Assembly: GCA_963790205.1 (NCBI GenBank)
Contig: CAWBNQ010000006.1
Coordinates: 63,152 to 127,151, forward strand
From: Nitrospirota bacterium
Lineage (GTDB): Bacteria; Nitrospirota; UBA9217
Direction: 5' to 3'
DNA length: 64,000 nucleotides
Shown here: positions 51,726 through 62,155 of the stretch, in pieces
How the letters are laid out: each line of letters starts with the position of its first letter
Numbering within the stretch: position 1 is the first letter of the stretch
Position numbers and translations under genes: made by a program
Notes under the pieces: model-generated
Seen by the model: the letters and a program-made list of their open reading frames with translations, nothing else
Database searches by the model: none
What the model was told of the DNA's origin: nothing

Positions 51726-51875
51726 GTCTTTCTCCTGTAAAAAGAGCTCAATGAGTATGGAGAATAGTAAGCTTATCCTGCTCTTCTGTCAAGTGGGATG
51801 CGGCGATGCCTGCCTGCTTCATGCCCGTAGATTCCCGGCCGATCCGGTGCTAGACTTATACTAAAAGGGCATAGG

Positions 51876-54800
51876 ATGAATATTGCGAACGACATATGCA
51901 GCCTCGAATACCTTATCGGAACGCTTTCTACGGCGTATAAGGGCGTGATTACCTCGCTCGCGGCCAAGGACTTCTGCATGACCGACGAGGGAGAAGCCAC
52001 TACGCTGAAAGGGACCCTCCTCTCCATACCCGAAGGTCGGTACGAGGCCTCTCTGATACGGAGCGGAATGGAACTGGCGCGCACAAAGCTTGAAAAGGGA
52101 CACTTCGAGCTTATGGCCGCCAGCGAGCGGGTAAAACAGGCAAAGGACCTGCAGATCGACATCATCCAGAGCGGAAGGCATGTCGGCACCTTTTTGCTGA
52201 AAAAGGAAAGCAGCGACGGGTTCTATATCTCCGCGGTGGAGCTTTCGGAAGAGCTCAAGGGGATGGATCTCAAGCGCCTTACGGTCCCGCTCCAGGACAA
52301 GGTCGGGCTGCTGCATAAGGCCGAGGAGATCATCACGAAAATACTTTCCACGAAAAAGGACTGGGCGGCCTTTTCCGAGCTGTTGAACGGCTTTGCTGCC
52401 GACCTTTTCTGGTCGGCGCGGGAGGCCTTTTACGGCTCGTTCCCGATCCTGGCCCGCTTTTCCTTGAAAGCCGCCGAAAGGACCGACATTTCCGTTACGG
52501 GCAAACCGGTTTCAAATCTTCTCGACTTGATAGCACGCCCCCTTGAGCATGAGACCGACGACCAGGTCCTTCGCCCCGCGGTCGCTCTCTGGCTGGCGGA
52601 GCTCACGGGTTCATCGGTTGATCTGTCCGGCCGGCTTCGCGCGGCGTCCCGTACGCTCGCCTCCATCCATGAAAAATTCCCCGATGCCGGACTCGCCCCC
52701 GTCATAACCGGGCTTCTGTCCTCGTTCAGGAAAAAGCTCGCTGCCATGCCCTTGCTGAGCGCGGCGACGCTGCTTCAATTGAAAGGACGCGTAACGGACG
52801 AGGAGTATGCAAGCCTCGCGCAATATGGCGACGCGAGACGAGAGGAGCTTGTGCGGGATCTTGCCGAAGCCGGGCGCGATCCGGGCAAAGGGGCGCCGGG
52901 CAGCGCCCTCGTCTTTCTGAGCAGCCTGGATGCCGATGTCCTCGATGACGGGAAAATGGTCACGGCCGTGTATGAGGCCGTTGCCCGGAATATTATTGCG
53001 GACTTTGCCGACGAGTTCACGGCGGCCTTGACCGGGATATTCCCATTGTTTCCCCGGCTGTCCGGCAGGGCGCTTGATGCCGTTCTCTCGAACGCCCCGC
53101 TGGTGATGGAAAAGCTGGTCTCCTTTGGCAGGGCTGATGCCTGCGCCAGGCTGCTCACCTCCATTGCCCAGGCAGGCCCGCCGATCACGGAGAAGATCGT
53201 CATGGACCCGGGGATGGCCGCGGCCATCCTTCGTTCCGAAGACGAGGAACTCGTCGCACAATACGTATCCGTCCTGGAGCGGATCATTATCCCGCCGGCG
53301 AAGGTAAAGGCGCTGTCAACGGAGACCTGGGCCGAGATCGTGGACCCGCTCCATCTTGAACGGCTTATAAAGTTCATGGATATTTTGCAGCTCGGCGGGG
53401 AGCGGCTCCGCAGCGTTCTCGTCCATGTGATCGCCAATCTTTCCGTAAGCGGAGTTTTTATTCCCGATGACCGGCTCTTCCAGCGGAACGTATCGTCCTA
53501 TCTGAACTCGGAGGCCATGCGCGGGGATTTCCTGCTGAACTTTCTTTTGCTGCAGAAGCTGCCGGTATACTTCAACGAAGTAGGGGCAGTGAACAGGGTC
53601 CGGGACTATTCCACGGAGCTCGATTCCTGGGGTGATGATCCGGTCCTGTATTTCGTTCGCAAGCAGGTGCACGTGAACGCGAGCAACTATAATGTCCGGC
53701 TCCTGGAAAAGGTCATGGCGTCCTGGGTGGACGAAGATCCCGGCATGGTCCGGGACGCCGTGCCCCGTGATGTCTTGCATGGCCTGAAACCGGGGCTTTT
53801 TAAACGATACGCGGCGTTCATAAGACCGTTTTTTGGATCTGTCGGCGTGCTCGACGCCGAGGGGCTTCATTTCGACAAGCTGCTCGCGCTTCCCGCCGAG
53901 ACATTCACGGCAACGCCTCGGGATGGAAAGCCCGATGAAATACCGGCCAAGGTCATGCTGCTCTGTAAACTCTACCGGGAGGTCGTCGGGAAATATTCTC
54001 TCGTAAGACCGGAAGTCGATCGCGGGGATGCTTACGGGGCGCTCAGGGAACAGCTGGACAAGGCGGGAAAGCTTGTCCACGCGGTGCTTGACCGGGAAAA
54101 GACCGTTGCCCGGGAAGCGCTCTACTTTAAACGGCATATCGCGTTCGGCATTCCCTCGGTCCTCGGGACCTATCACGAACCCAAGTTCGACGCCCTGGCC
54201 GGGCTCCTTCGAAACGATGCCGCGATCAGCGTGCTGTTTGAAGAAGCGCTGTCAAGGATCGGTGCGGGAGAGCGGAATTTTACAACGGCCCAGGCCATGT
54301 CGTGGCTTCGCACCCTTGGAAACGCGTATGAAGCGCTCAGGCTCCACGGCCTTGCAAACGCGCAAATGGAAGAGCTTGCCACGATCATGGATACGAACAA
54401 GCTTCACCTCTCCCAGGCCGTTGATCTGCTCAAGATGTGGCAGAAGGAACTTGCCTGGATCGTCGAGTTCTTTAACCGGACGTTCCACAAGCCGATCATC
54501 GACGTTCTCATCCAATTCCCGAAAGAAGACCTGCCCGAGTACCTTATCAATCTGGATATCGACGACCCCGATTTTGCGAACAAGGCCGCGGACATCGTCA
54601 TCAGGAACATGATAAGCAGCGTGCCCGGCCTTGTCGAAGCGGACAGGATGATCGAGCGCCTCATCGGCGCGTTCACAGCGCGCATGGAACTATCGGATGA
54701 GGATCTGAACGAACAGCAGCCCGGGGAAGACCGGCAATACTTCCTGCTTCATGAACTTTCGGATTCTGATGCGGCACGGCTTGGACCGATGCTCGGCAAC

Positions 54801-56252
54801 AAGGCCAGGAACCTGGTGAATCTTTTGAACCGGGGATTTCGCGTGCCGCCCGGCGTTGTGTTCTCAGCCGCAATGACCGACCACTATGAAACGTACGTCG
54901 GGAGCGCCGATTTCGAAGCTGCGCTCAAGCAGGCAATGAAACATCTTGAAGACAAGACCGGAACGCGCTTCGGCGGCGCAAGGAAACCGCTGTTCCTGTC
55001 GGTCCGAAGCGGCTCATACGTCTCCATGCCGGGCATTCTCTCGACCATCCTCTTTTGCGGAATGAACAGGGACACGCTCGCGGGGTTCATACAGGAGACC
55101 GGAGATCCGAGGCTCGGATGGGACTCCTACCGGCGGTTCATCGAACAGTACGCGACCGTGGTCCTCGGCCTCGGTGCCGGCATTCTCGAGAGCATAGCGG
55201 GCGATGTTCTGAAAAAATCCGGTCTGGCACGTCGAAAAGAATGTGAGGCCCGCCATCTGGAGGAGATCGTAAAACGGGAGCTCGCGCTCCTGTCCCGGAG
55301 AGGACTTTCGATACCGGAGGATGTCCATGAACAGCTCAAGCAGTCGATAGGCGCGATCTACGCCTCGTGGTTCAGCGAACGGGCGCGGCAATTCAGGAAG
55401 GCGACCCGGACCTCGGAGCATTGGGGCACGGCCGTGACGCTGATGCAGATGGTCCTGGGCAATGCGGCGGGATCCGGCGCTTCCATATTTTTCACGCGGA
55501 ATCCCTTCACCTCCGCGCGGGAACTTTACGGCGAAACGAAAGAGCAGGTCACGGGCGACGACCTGGTGTACGGGCGATACCAGGGCCGGCCTCTTTCGAG
55601 GAACCAGGCCGGAAACGGCGAAGAAAGCCTCGAAGAACGGGACCCCGATCTGTTCAGCCGACACCGGGAGCTTGCGGAAAGGATCGAGCGGGCAATGGGA
55701 GGGCTGCCCCAGGAAGTGGAGGCAGCCTATACGAGGGAGCCGGACGGAAGCAGGGTGATCTCCGTGCTCCAGACGCGCCGCATGGAATCCGGCGCCGGCT
55801 ATGTTTCAGCGTTCGACGAGATCTGCACCCTGGAGCCGCGGATCATCGGCAGGGGGGTCGGCGCCCACGGCGGGGCCGTGAGCGGCGTTGCCTCGTTTGC
55901 GCGGACCCCGGACGAGGCGCGGCGCCTGGCGCAAGAGAGCGGCATGCCCGTTGTTCTGCTGCGGACCATGGCGAGCACCGACGATGTCTCGCTCATGCCG
56001 GCGATCAAGGGCATCGTCACGTCGAGCGGCGGGGTCACCTCCCACGCGGCAGTGCTGGCGCAGAAGTTCGGCGTATCTGCAGTCGTGTCGTGCGCCGACC
56101 TGTCGATCGAGATCGACGATCAAGGCGCGAGCTTCGCAAGGATGGGGACGGTCATTATAAAGGAAGGCATGCCCATCAGCATCGACGGCGCAAGCGGCCT
56201 CGTCTTTTCCGGCGCCTGCCTGCACACGACCCGGACCGAACGCTATCAATGA
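51876..56252 (+). CDS. PPDK-like protein: long N-terminal region, ATP-grasp domain and phospho-His swivel domain
   Basis: LGNKA..VPPG, PLFLSVRSG..SMPG, GTAVTLMQMV and TSSGGVTSHAAVLA. No pyruvate-binding barrel. Confidence 0.85.
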   Translation: MNIANDICSLEYLIGTLSTAYKGVITSLAAKDFCMTDEGEATTLKGTLLSIPEGRYEASLIRSGMELARTKLEKGHFELMAASERVKQAKDLQIDIIQSGRHVGTFLLKKESSDGFYISAVELSEELKGMDLKRLTVPLQDKVGLLHKAEEIITKILSTKKDWAAFSELLNGFAADLFWSAREAFYGSFPILARFSLKAAERTDISVTGKPVSNLLDLIARPLEHETDDQVLRPAVALWLAELTGSSVDLSGRLRAASRTLASIHEKFPDAGLAPVITGLLSSFRKKLAAMPLLSAATLLQLKGRVTDEEYASLAQYGDARREELVRDLAEAGRDPGKGAPGSALVFLSSLDADVLDDGKMVTAVYEAVARNIIADFADEFTAALTGIFPLFPRLSGRALDAVLSNAPLVMEKLVSFGRADACARLLTSIAQAGPPITEKIVMDPGMAAAILRSEDEELVAQYVSVLERIIIPPAKVKALSTETWAEIVDPLHLERLIKFMDILQLGGERLRSVLVHVIANLSVSGVFIPDDRLFQRNVSSYLNSEAMRGDFLLNFLLLQKLPVYFNEVGAVNRVRDYSTELDSWGDDPVLYFVRKQVHVNASNYNVRLLEKVMASWVDEDPGMVRDAVPRDVLHGLKPGLFKRYAAFIRPFFGSVGVLDAEGLHFDKLLALPAETFTATPRDGKPDEIPAKVMLLCKLYREVVGKYSLVRPEVDRGDAYGALREQLDKAGKLVHAVLDREKTVAREALYFKRHIAFGIPSVLGTYHEPKFDALAGLLRNDAAISVLFEEALSRIGAGERNFTTAQAMSWLRTLGNAYEALRLHGLANAQMEELATIMDTNKLHLSQAVDLLKMWQKELAWIVEFFNRTFHKPIIDVLIQFPKEDLPEYLINLDIDDPDFANKAADIVIRNMISSVPGLVEADRMIERLIGAFTARMELSDEDLNEQQPGEDRQYFLLHELSDSDAARLGPMLGNKARNLVNLLNRGFRVPPGVVFSAAMTDHYETYVGSADFEAALKQAMKHLEDKTGTRFGGARKPLFLSVRSGSYVSMPGILSTILFCGMNRDTLAGFIQETGDPRLGWDSYRRFIEQYATVVLGLGAGILESIAGDVLKKSGLARRKECEARHLEEIVKRELALLSRRGLSIPEDVHEQLKQSIGAIYASWFSERARQFRKATRTSEHWGTAVTLMQMVLGNAAGSGASIFFTRNPFTSARELYGETKEQVTGDDLVYGRYQGRPLSRNQAGNGEESLEERDPDLFSRHRELAERIERAMGGLPQEVEAAYTREPDGSRVISVLQTRRMESGAGYVSAFDEICTLEPRIIGRGVGAHGGAVSGVASFARTPDEARRLAQESGMPVVLLRTMASTDDVSLMPAIKGIVTSSGGVTSHAAVLAQKFGVSAVVSCADLSIEIDDQGASFARMGTVIIKEGMPISIDGASGLVFSGACLHTTRTERYQ

Positions 56253-56445
56253 TATACTTATTGCTTCCGCGCCGGAAAAGGTACTTGTCAATGAGTGAGA
56301 TCCTATCCATTCGTAGATCTTTGTTATCGGGAGCGATTATACGAGCCTCATTCAGATTTAACCTTCATGATGATAAAATTTGCTATACTTTGTTTTTACC
56401 GGTAAATAGAACAAAAGCCTATTTCAATTGAAAAGGAGGCAAATT

Positions 56446-57174
56446 ATGAAGAAAGTAGCTGTTTTTATTAGCGTATTGACATTGTTATTTTGCTTCACGC
56501 CCGTTTCTTTTGCTTATGAAGCGATTCCTTTCAAAAATGGAGGGCATATCGAGGGCGTGGTCGAGTTTGCGGGGAATATCGTTCCGAAGGACAAGACCCT
56601 TACGATCAGTTCGGACGTAAAGTACTGCGGGAAGGAACTCCGTACGGAAAAATATCTGATAAATAAAGAGGGAGGGATAAAAAATGTGGTTGTTTATTTA
56701 AAGGAGATCAAAGCGGGAAAAGCGATCCCTGAAGAGACCCTGACGGTCGTTGATTCGCAGTGCTCTTTTATCCCCCATGTGAGCATCGGGTTCAAAGGAA
56801 ACAAGTTCATCCTCAGGAACGAAGACCCGGTACTCCATACCGCCCATATTTATTCTCATATTCGTGAAAAGACCATGTTCAATGTCGCCCTTCCCGGAAA
56901 AGGTTCGACCATAACGAGGACCCTGACGAAGACCGGCATCATGGAATTGAATTGTGATTGCCATCCCTGGATGGACAGTTTTGTGTATGTTTTCGACCAT
57001 CCCTACGCCGCGGTTACCGACGAAAATGGCGCGTTTGCGATTAAAGATATTCCACCCGGAGAATACACGGTCGAAGCCTGGCATGAGTCGCTGGGAACAA
57101 TCAGTATCTCGAATGTAACGGTACAGAGCGGGAAAACCAGCACAATAAAGCTGAAATATGCCGGCAGGGAATAG
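56446..57174 (+). CDS. Secreted cupredoxin-like / carboxypeptidase-regulatory-like domain protein
   Basis: CSFIPHV, NEDPVLH, CDCHPWM and HPYAAVTD..PPGEY..AWHE motifs. Confidence 0.75.
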   Translation: MKKVAVFISVLTLLFCFTPVSFAYEAIPFKNGGHIEGVVEFAGNIVPKDKTLTISSDVKYCGKELRTEKYLINKEGGIKNVVVYLKEIKAGKAIPEETLTVVDSQCSFIPHVSIGFKGNKFILRNEDPVLHTAHIYSHIREKTMFNVALPGKGSTITRTLTKTGIMELNCDCHPWMDSFVYVFDHPYAAVTDENGAFAIKDIPPGEYTVEAWHESLGTISISNVTVQSGKTSTIKLKYAGRE

Positions 57175-57489
57175 ACAAACACACTTAGCTCGTTCGCGGT
57201 ACTGTCAAAACTTTTATGAAAAAGAGAGGCAGGCATGAAACCACAGTGGGCACAGAGGAAAGGCATGGAGAAATCTGAATACGCAGAGCTTGATTTTTCA
57301 AGAATATACTCTGTGCACTCGCGGTTGAAGGACCAAGAAAAGAGTGAGAAACGCCGGTAAAAACAGAGGACACCGAGGGGGAGGAAAGCCAGGGATGAAT
57401 TTATTCCTCTTAATTCAGGATGTTCTCTGGGTTCTCTGTGGTTAGATTTAGATTTTGACAATACGTCGTTCGCAGAAAGGAGTCTTCCA

Positions 57490-57645
57490 ATGAAACCACC
57501 GAGGAATCTCGGCATGCTCTTGTTGGGTATCTGGCTCATCTTAATGGGGCTGATACCGCTGCTGAGTCTCAGTTTTTCGGGACTCCGTACGCTCATGGCC
57601 ATCCTCGCAATCGCTGCGGGCGCTTTGATCGCACTGGGGCGATAG
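57490..57645 (+). CDS. Small 51-aa two-TM membrane protein (not in the ORF track)
   Basis: AAGGAG RBS; MKPPRNLGMLLLGIWLILMGLIPLL..AILAIAAGALIALGR. Confidence 0.7.
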   Translation: MKPPRNLGMLLLGIWLILMGLIPLLSLSFSGLRTLMAILAIAAGALIALGR

Positions 57646-58390
57646 GCCGGAAGGATATGGGGACGGGTCTTGGAATAGAAGAAACTGTCTTTATCCTCAA
57701 AGTGAATTTGAAGAAAGAATAACTTTCATACCGAAAACAAAATTTCAACTGACATTCAATCCCTTCAGTGAGCATCCGATTGTAATGAAGCTGCGTGACT
57801 TGATCGGAATACAAAAACAATGAGACTCTGGATAACAGCTGAAAGCCGATAGATCAAACAGAAAATCCTACAACCAGCGCATCCACAGCGTCGCGCCCGA
57901 AGGCTGCTCGTGACCTCTTGTTGACGCGCATTACAACTGGTATTCCGCAACCTTTTTGTCACGCGCTGGTACATGATAGTAGATACTATTATCACAGCAT
58001 GCCGGGATATACCCGGCTTTTATAATTTCCCCCTTCTTTGTTCCTGCGACTGCTTCTCCCCGAGGAGCTTCACGATTTTTCATCATGGACTGATCGGATC
58101 TAATTCTGATTATGAGACGAAAGGGGCGGGAACAGGCAAGTTGAATTTTCCCACCCATCAATTTTAAAATCACCTGCTATAAAGAAACATCTCCTGCGGA
58201 CAAGCTCAGCATCGTGATCCGTCAATAAAATTCCATGAAAAATTTTTGATGCTAAACGGCACTCCGGGGTGTATATTAACGAGTTATTTAACGAGTCGAT
58301 CAAGCCTGCGGCGCCGTCATTTGCGAAGGATATGTCAAAGCTGAGTTGATTCGTTTAACACTAAACGGAAGGTGGCAGGGGGGGAAGAGC

Positions 58391-59377
58391 GTGAAGATCG
58401 ACTGCTATATATCACATGGGTGCGGTTCCGAGGAAGCGTTGAAAGAGAACATCGCCCGTGCGCTGGAAGCCGAAACGATCCATGCCGAAGTCGGCATTCA
58501 CCGGATCAATGATGAAAAAGCGGCGGAATTGAAGCTCAGCGGATCGCCCTCGGTCTTTATCGATGGAAAGGAATTGCAGCCGCAGGGCATTGCCGGGTTT
58601 TCCTGAAGGATGTTCGAGGACGAGTCGGGCAGGCTCGCCAATGTCCCGTCAGTGGACACGCTGCGCAAGGCGCTGAAGGTGCGGAGCCGCGGGACGGGGG
58701 ATGCGCCCAAGGAGGGGAAGACCTGTAAGAAAAGTCTCATGGACCGGATCGGAGAAACGGTACGGGGAAGACTGGCGGGAGCGCGCCTGAGCCGAACGGA
58801 AGACGAGACGCGCAAATATATCCTGAAGGAGTTCGCTAGGACCGGCAAGCCCCCGTCCGGGAAAGCGATCGCCGGGGCGATGAAGCTGCCGTCACCCGAA
58901 GCGGCGAACCGAATCACCGAAAAACTGCATGCCGCGGACATCCTGACGAAGGAAGGCGGCGACATTATTTCAGCGTACCCCTTTTCCGCAAAAGCGACCC
59001 GCCATAAAGTTATTTTTAAGGACGGGCACGAGGTATACGCGCTCTGCGCCACGGATGCCCTGGGCATCCATTTCATGCTCCACGAGGACATTGCCGTCCG
59101 GTCCCGTTGCCCGGAGTGCGAAAACGAAATGAAGATCGGAGTGCGGGACGGCACGATCGCCTCCTGTGTACCCGAAGGCGTGGTTGAATTCGTCAGCAGC
59201 CGGGAGCACTGCGGATGCACCGCAAAGACCTTTTGCCCGTTCATGAACTTCTTTTGTTCCCAAGAACATCTGGAGAAATGGCGGGAGAAGAACCCCGCCT
59301 CCGGAAAGGGAGAAATGTATCAGCTTTCTCAGGTGCTGGAGCATGGGAGAAAAATATTCGGGGATTTCTTGAAATAG
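58391..59377 (+). CDS. Thioredoxin-like domain + MerB (organomercurial lyase-like) fusion, probable selenoprotein (TGA 58604-58606)
   Basis: GSPSVFIDG..GFS-TGA-RMF is in frame with the MerB-like AYPFS..H, YALCATDALG and CPFMNFF motifs. SECIS-like hairpin at 58621-58637. Confidence 0.82.
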
Positions 59378-59667
59378 ACAGACTGCGATACGTGGAGGGC
59401 AAGGATGAACAGAATAACAAAAAACGATTATTTTCTTTTTGTTCCTGCGCCTATTTCTCACGGATGAGTTTCACGGTCCTTCACGGGATGGACTGATCGG
59501 GCCGAACCCGGATTGATGAGGGAGGGCTGGCCAGGGCAGTTATGATGAGGCCATCCAGGCATCGTCAGCCGAAAGGGACGGGCACTGACAAACCGACGGT
59601 GTATCAATGATCGTTGTAAATTTACGATCAAAATGCCACTATTGCCGCAATCGGACAGTGAACACGA

Positions 59668-59931
59668 ATGAAAAAAGCAGATAGCTTCATCCAGTTTCCC
59701 TGCTCTTTCCCGCTCAAAGCCATGGGTCTCAATACCGAGGCGTTTGCTACGGCGGTAACAGCCATTTTCGAGAAACACGCGGCCCCCGAACGGATATCTT
59801 ACTCCCGCCGCCTGAGCAGCGGCGGCAAGTACTTGTCCATCACAGCGACTTTCATGGCCCGGAGCAAGGACCAGCTGGACGCACTGTATCGGGAATTGAA
59901 CGATCATGATCTGGTCCTGATGACTCTTTAG
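59668..59931 (+). CDS. DUF493/YbeD family protein
   Basis: FPCSFPLKAMG..SSGGKYLSIT..QLDALYREL. Confidence 0.88.
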   Translation: MKKADSFIQFPCSFPLKAMGLNTEAFATAVTAIFEKHAAPERISYSRRLSSGGKYLSITATFMARSKDQLDALYRELNDHDLVLMTL

Positions 59932-60056
59932 GGTATTATGCCGGTATCAGCGACGAAGGATCGCCGATCATAAAATCGGGCCTTGCAGGAAACCAGGAAA
60001 ATGTACGCAAAGACGCTCAGTCCGCAAAGTAAAACCGGACGGAGAAAGGCAGGGAC

Positions 60057-60302
60057 ATGACCGGCCAAAAACCCGTAGATCCGCTTCACGGCGTCACCTT
60101 GGAAATGATGCTTACCCGGCTGGTGGAACAGTACGGGTGGGAGAAAATGGGAAGGGTCGTCGCGATCCGGTGTTTTAATAACGACCCGAGCATCAAGTCC
60201 AGTCTGCAATTTCTGAGAAAAACCCCCTGGGCCAGAGATAAAGTTGAGGCCCTGTACCTGAGGTGCGCAAGAGAGACCTTGAAAAAAAAGATCAGAAACT
60301 GA
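60057..60302 (+). CDS. VF530/DUF2132 family DNA-binding protein
   Basis: [37 protein letters not shown]. Confidence 0.9.
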   Translation: MTGQKPVDPLHGVTLEMMLTRLVEQYGWEKMGRVVAIRCFNNDPSIKSSLQFLRKTPWARDKVEALYLRCARETLKKKIRN

Positions 60303-60410
60303 GTCGATGGGGGGATCGTTCTGCCGACTACCAACTGAGATTCTGCTCACCGAGGGCAGACGACGGGAGACCCCGTCTGCCCTCTCAATTTATTTCGCCA
60401 ATGCGTGCGG

Positions 60411-61220
60411 CTAATTCCCCGGATATCCCGGCGGAACAGGCGCGTATTCATCCTCATCCCACAACCTGTTCCCCGTGTCCTGGCCGCAGCGCAGAAGACC
60501 CTTCCTGCAGAGAACGTCCCGCCATTCGTACTTGACGAGGATCTTCCGGACCGGGACGCGCTCCGGTTCGAATTGAACGTTTACCACGGGGGAGTACTGC
60601 GCATCGCCGAAGCCCGTGCCCGCGCTCTCGTCCGCGAGCATTTTACCCTTGCTCCGTGCGGCGCTTCCCGCTGACGGCGCGGCGGGCGCAACCTCGCTTT
60701 TGTTCCCCTCGTACAAGGACTTCGGCCGCTCTTGCTCCCGGTAGATCGCCACGGCAATGACGCCCATGGCCGACGAGTCCTCGAACGTCCTGACGCTGTA
60801 AGAATCGGCGGGTTCCGTGAAATAGAACTTGTGCACCTGGTCCTGGCCGGTCCTCCACCCGTCATACCGGGCGCTGTCATACCCGTTCACGATGTACATG
60901 ATCTCGCTGTTCTTGAGCTCGGATTTTTTGCCGGAAATGATGTTCCTTCCGTCCACGGCAATGACCGCGCCGATTCTTTCGGGCGTGTTGTTCCGGATCA
61001 CGATCCCGTAGTTCTCGCCCTTTCTCGCCTCGAGATAGCTCTTGAAGACCTGGGTCCCCTTCGTTCGGGAGCTTTGAAGGGGGATGGTCCGGAAAACGAT
61101 CCCGCTGTCCGAGACGATCTCGATGGCGACCTCTCCGGGCAGCGGCGCCCTGCTCCGGGCGAATGCCGGCGCCGTTGCTGCCATGGCGATGGTGACGATA
61201 CCGATGAGTGTGTAACGCAT
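60411..61220 (-). CDS. Conserved hypothetical secreted protein
   Basis: Signal peptide; YLEA..GE.Y, VDGRNIISG and GTGFG motifs. Confidence 0.7.
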   Translation of the reverse strand: MRYTLIGIVTIAMAATAPAFARSRAPLPGEVAIEIVSDSGIVFRTIPLQSSRTKGTQVFKSYLEARKGENYGIVIRNNTPERIGAVIAVDGRNIISGKKSELKNSEIMYIVNGYDSARYDGWRTGQDQVHKFYFTEPADSYSVRTFEDSSAMGVIAVAIYREQERPKSLYEGNKSEVAPAAPSAGSAARSKGKMLADESAGTGFGDAQYSPVVNVQFEPERVPVRKILVKYEWRDVLCRKGLLRCGQDTGNRLWDEDEYAPVPPGYPGN

Positions 61221-61433
61221 ACTGTTCCCCTTTCTGTCGCGCTTTTGCCCGTCAAGGAAGGATGTCAATAACGGTGCTTACTTCATGAGACAAGGGGAAA
61301 GAGGCTTTTGTTCCCGGAAAAACAATCTGGACAGGCGTGAAGGGACAGGTTATACTCCGGTAAGATGAAATTGCAGAAGGCCTCAACGGTCTTTCAGCGG
61401 TATGAGCCTAATTTGTCAGTAACGGAGGTCCCT

Positions 61434-62132
61434 ATGGCGGAGACTAAAAAACTCGGCGAGCTGTTGATCGAGGCAGGTCTGATCGACGATTTCCAGCTTC
61501 AGTCCGCACTCTCACAGCAGCGGAACTGGGGCGGCAAGCTGGGCTCCATCCTCATCGAGATGGAATTCGTCCGGGAGGAGGACGTGGCCCGGGTGATCGC
61601 GAAACAATTTCGAATGCCCTGGGCCAACCTCTTTGAACCGGAAATCTCCGAGACGATCCTCAGGATGATCAAAAAAGATATGGCCAAAAAATACAACGTG
61701 GTGCCGGTGAAAAAAGAGGCCGGGGGGCTCGTGGTCGCCATGTCCGACCCGCTGGACATCGATGTGATCGATGCGCTCCGGTTCGCCACCGGGTTCCAGA
61801 TAAAACCGGCCCTTGCCCTGGAATCCGAGCTCAAGGACGCTATCAGGAAGTACTACGACCACGAGGAGGTCGTGCGCAAGCCCTTCGCGCGGTTCCGGGA
61901 CATTGCCGGCAGCACAGCGGGGGAGGTTGAGATCATTCACAGCGCCGATATCACCGCCAAAAAAAGGGCGGAAGAGCCTTCTCCGGTCATTGCCCCGGAC
62001 ACGGCCCCGCAACAGGCAACGCCGGACAGGGAGGTCCGCATCGACGCGCTCATCAGCCTGCTGATCGAGAAGGGACTCATAACGCGGGACGAACTCGTCA
62101 GCATGGTCTACCAGAAGAAGATGGGATTGTAG
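61434..62132 (+). CDS. MshEN / T2SSE N-terminal domain protein
   Basis: KLGELLIEAGLI..QL..AL..Q..KLG.ILI and VAMSDP, with no ATPase domain. Confidence 0.85.
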   Translation: MAETKKLGELLIEAGLIDDFQLQSALSQQRNWGGKLGSILIEMEFVREEDVARVIAKQFRMPWANLFEPEISETILRMIKKDMAKKYNVVPVKKEAGGLVVAMSDPLDIDVIDALRFATGFQIKPALALESELKDAIRKYYDHEEVVRKPFARFRDIAGSTAGEVEIIHSADITAKKRAEEPSPVIAPDTAPQQATPDREVRIDALISLLIEKGLITRDELVSMVYQKKMGL

Positions 62133-62155
62133 AAAGAGATGACAGGGTATTCGTT

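Noticed and set aside
58391..59377. Classical mer operon
   Set aside because: No merR, merT, merP or merA is present in the window.
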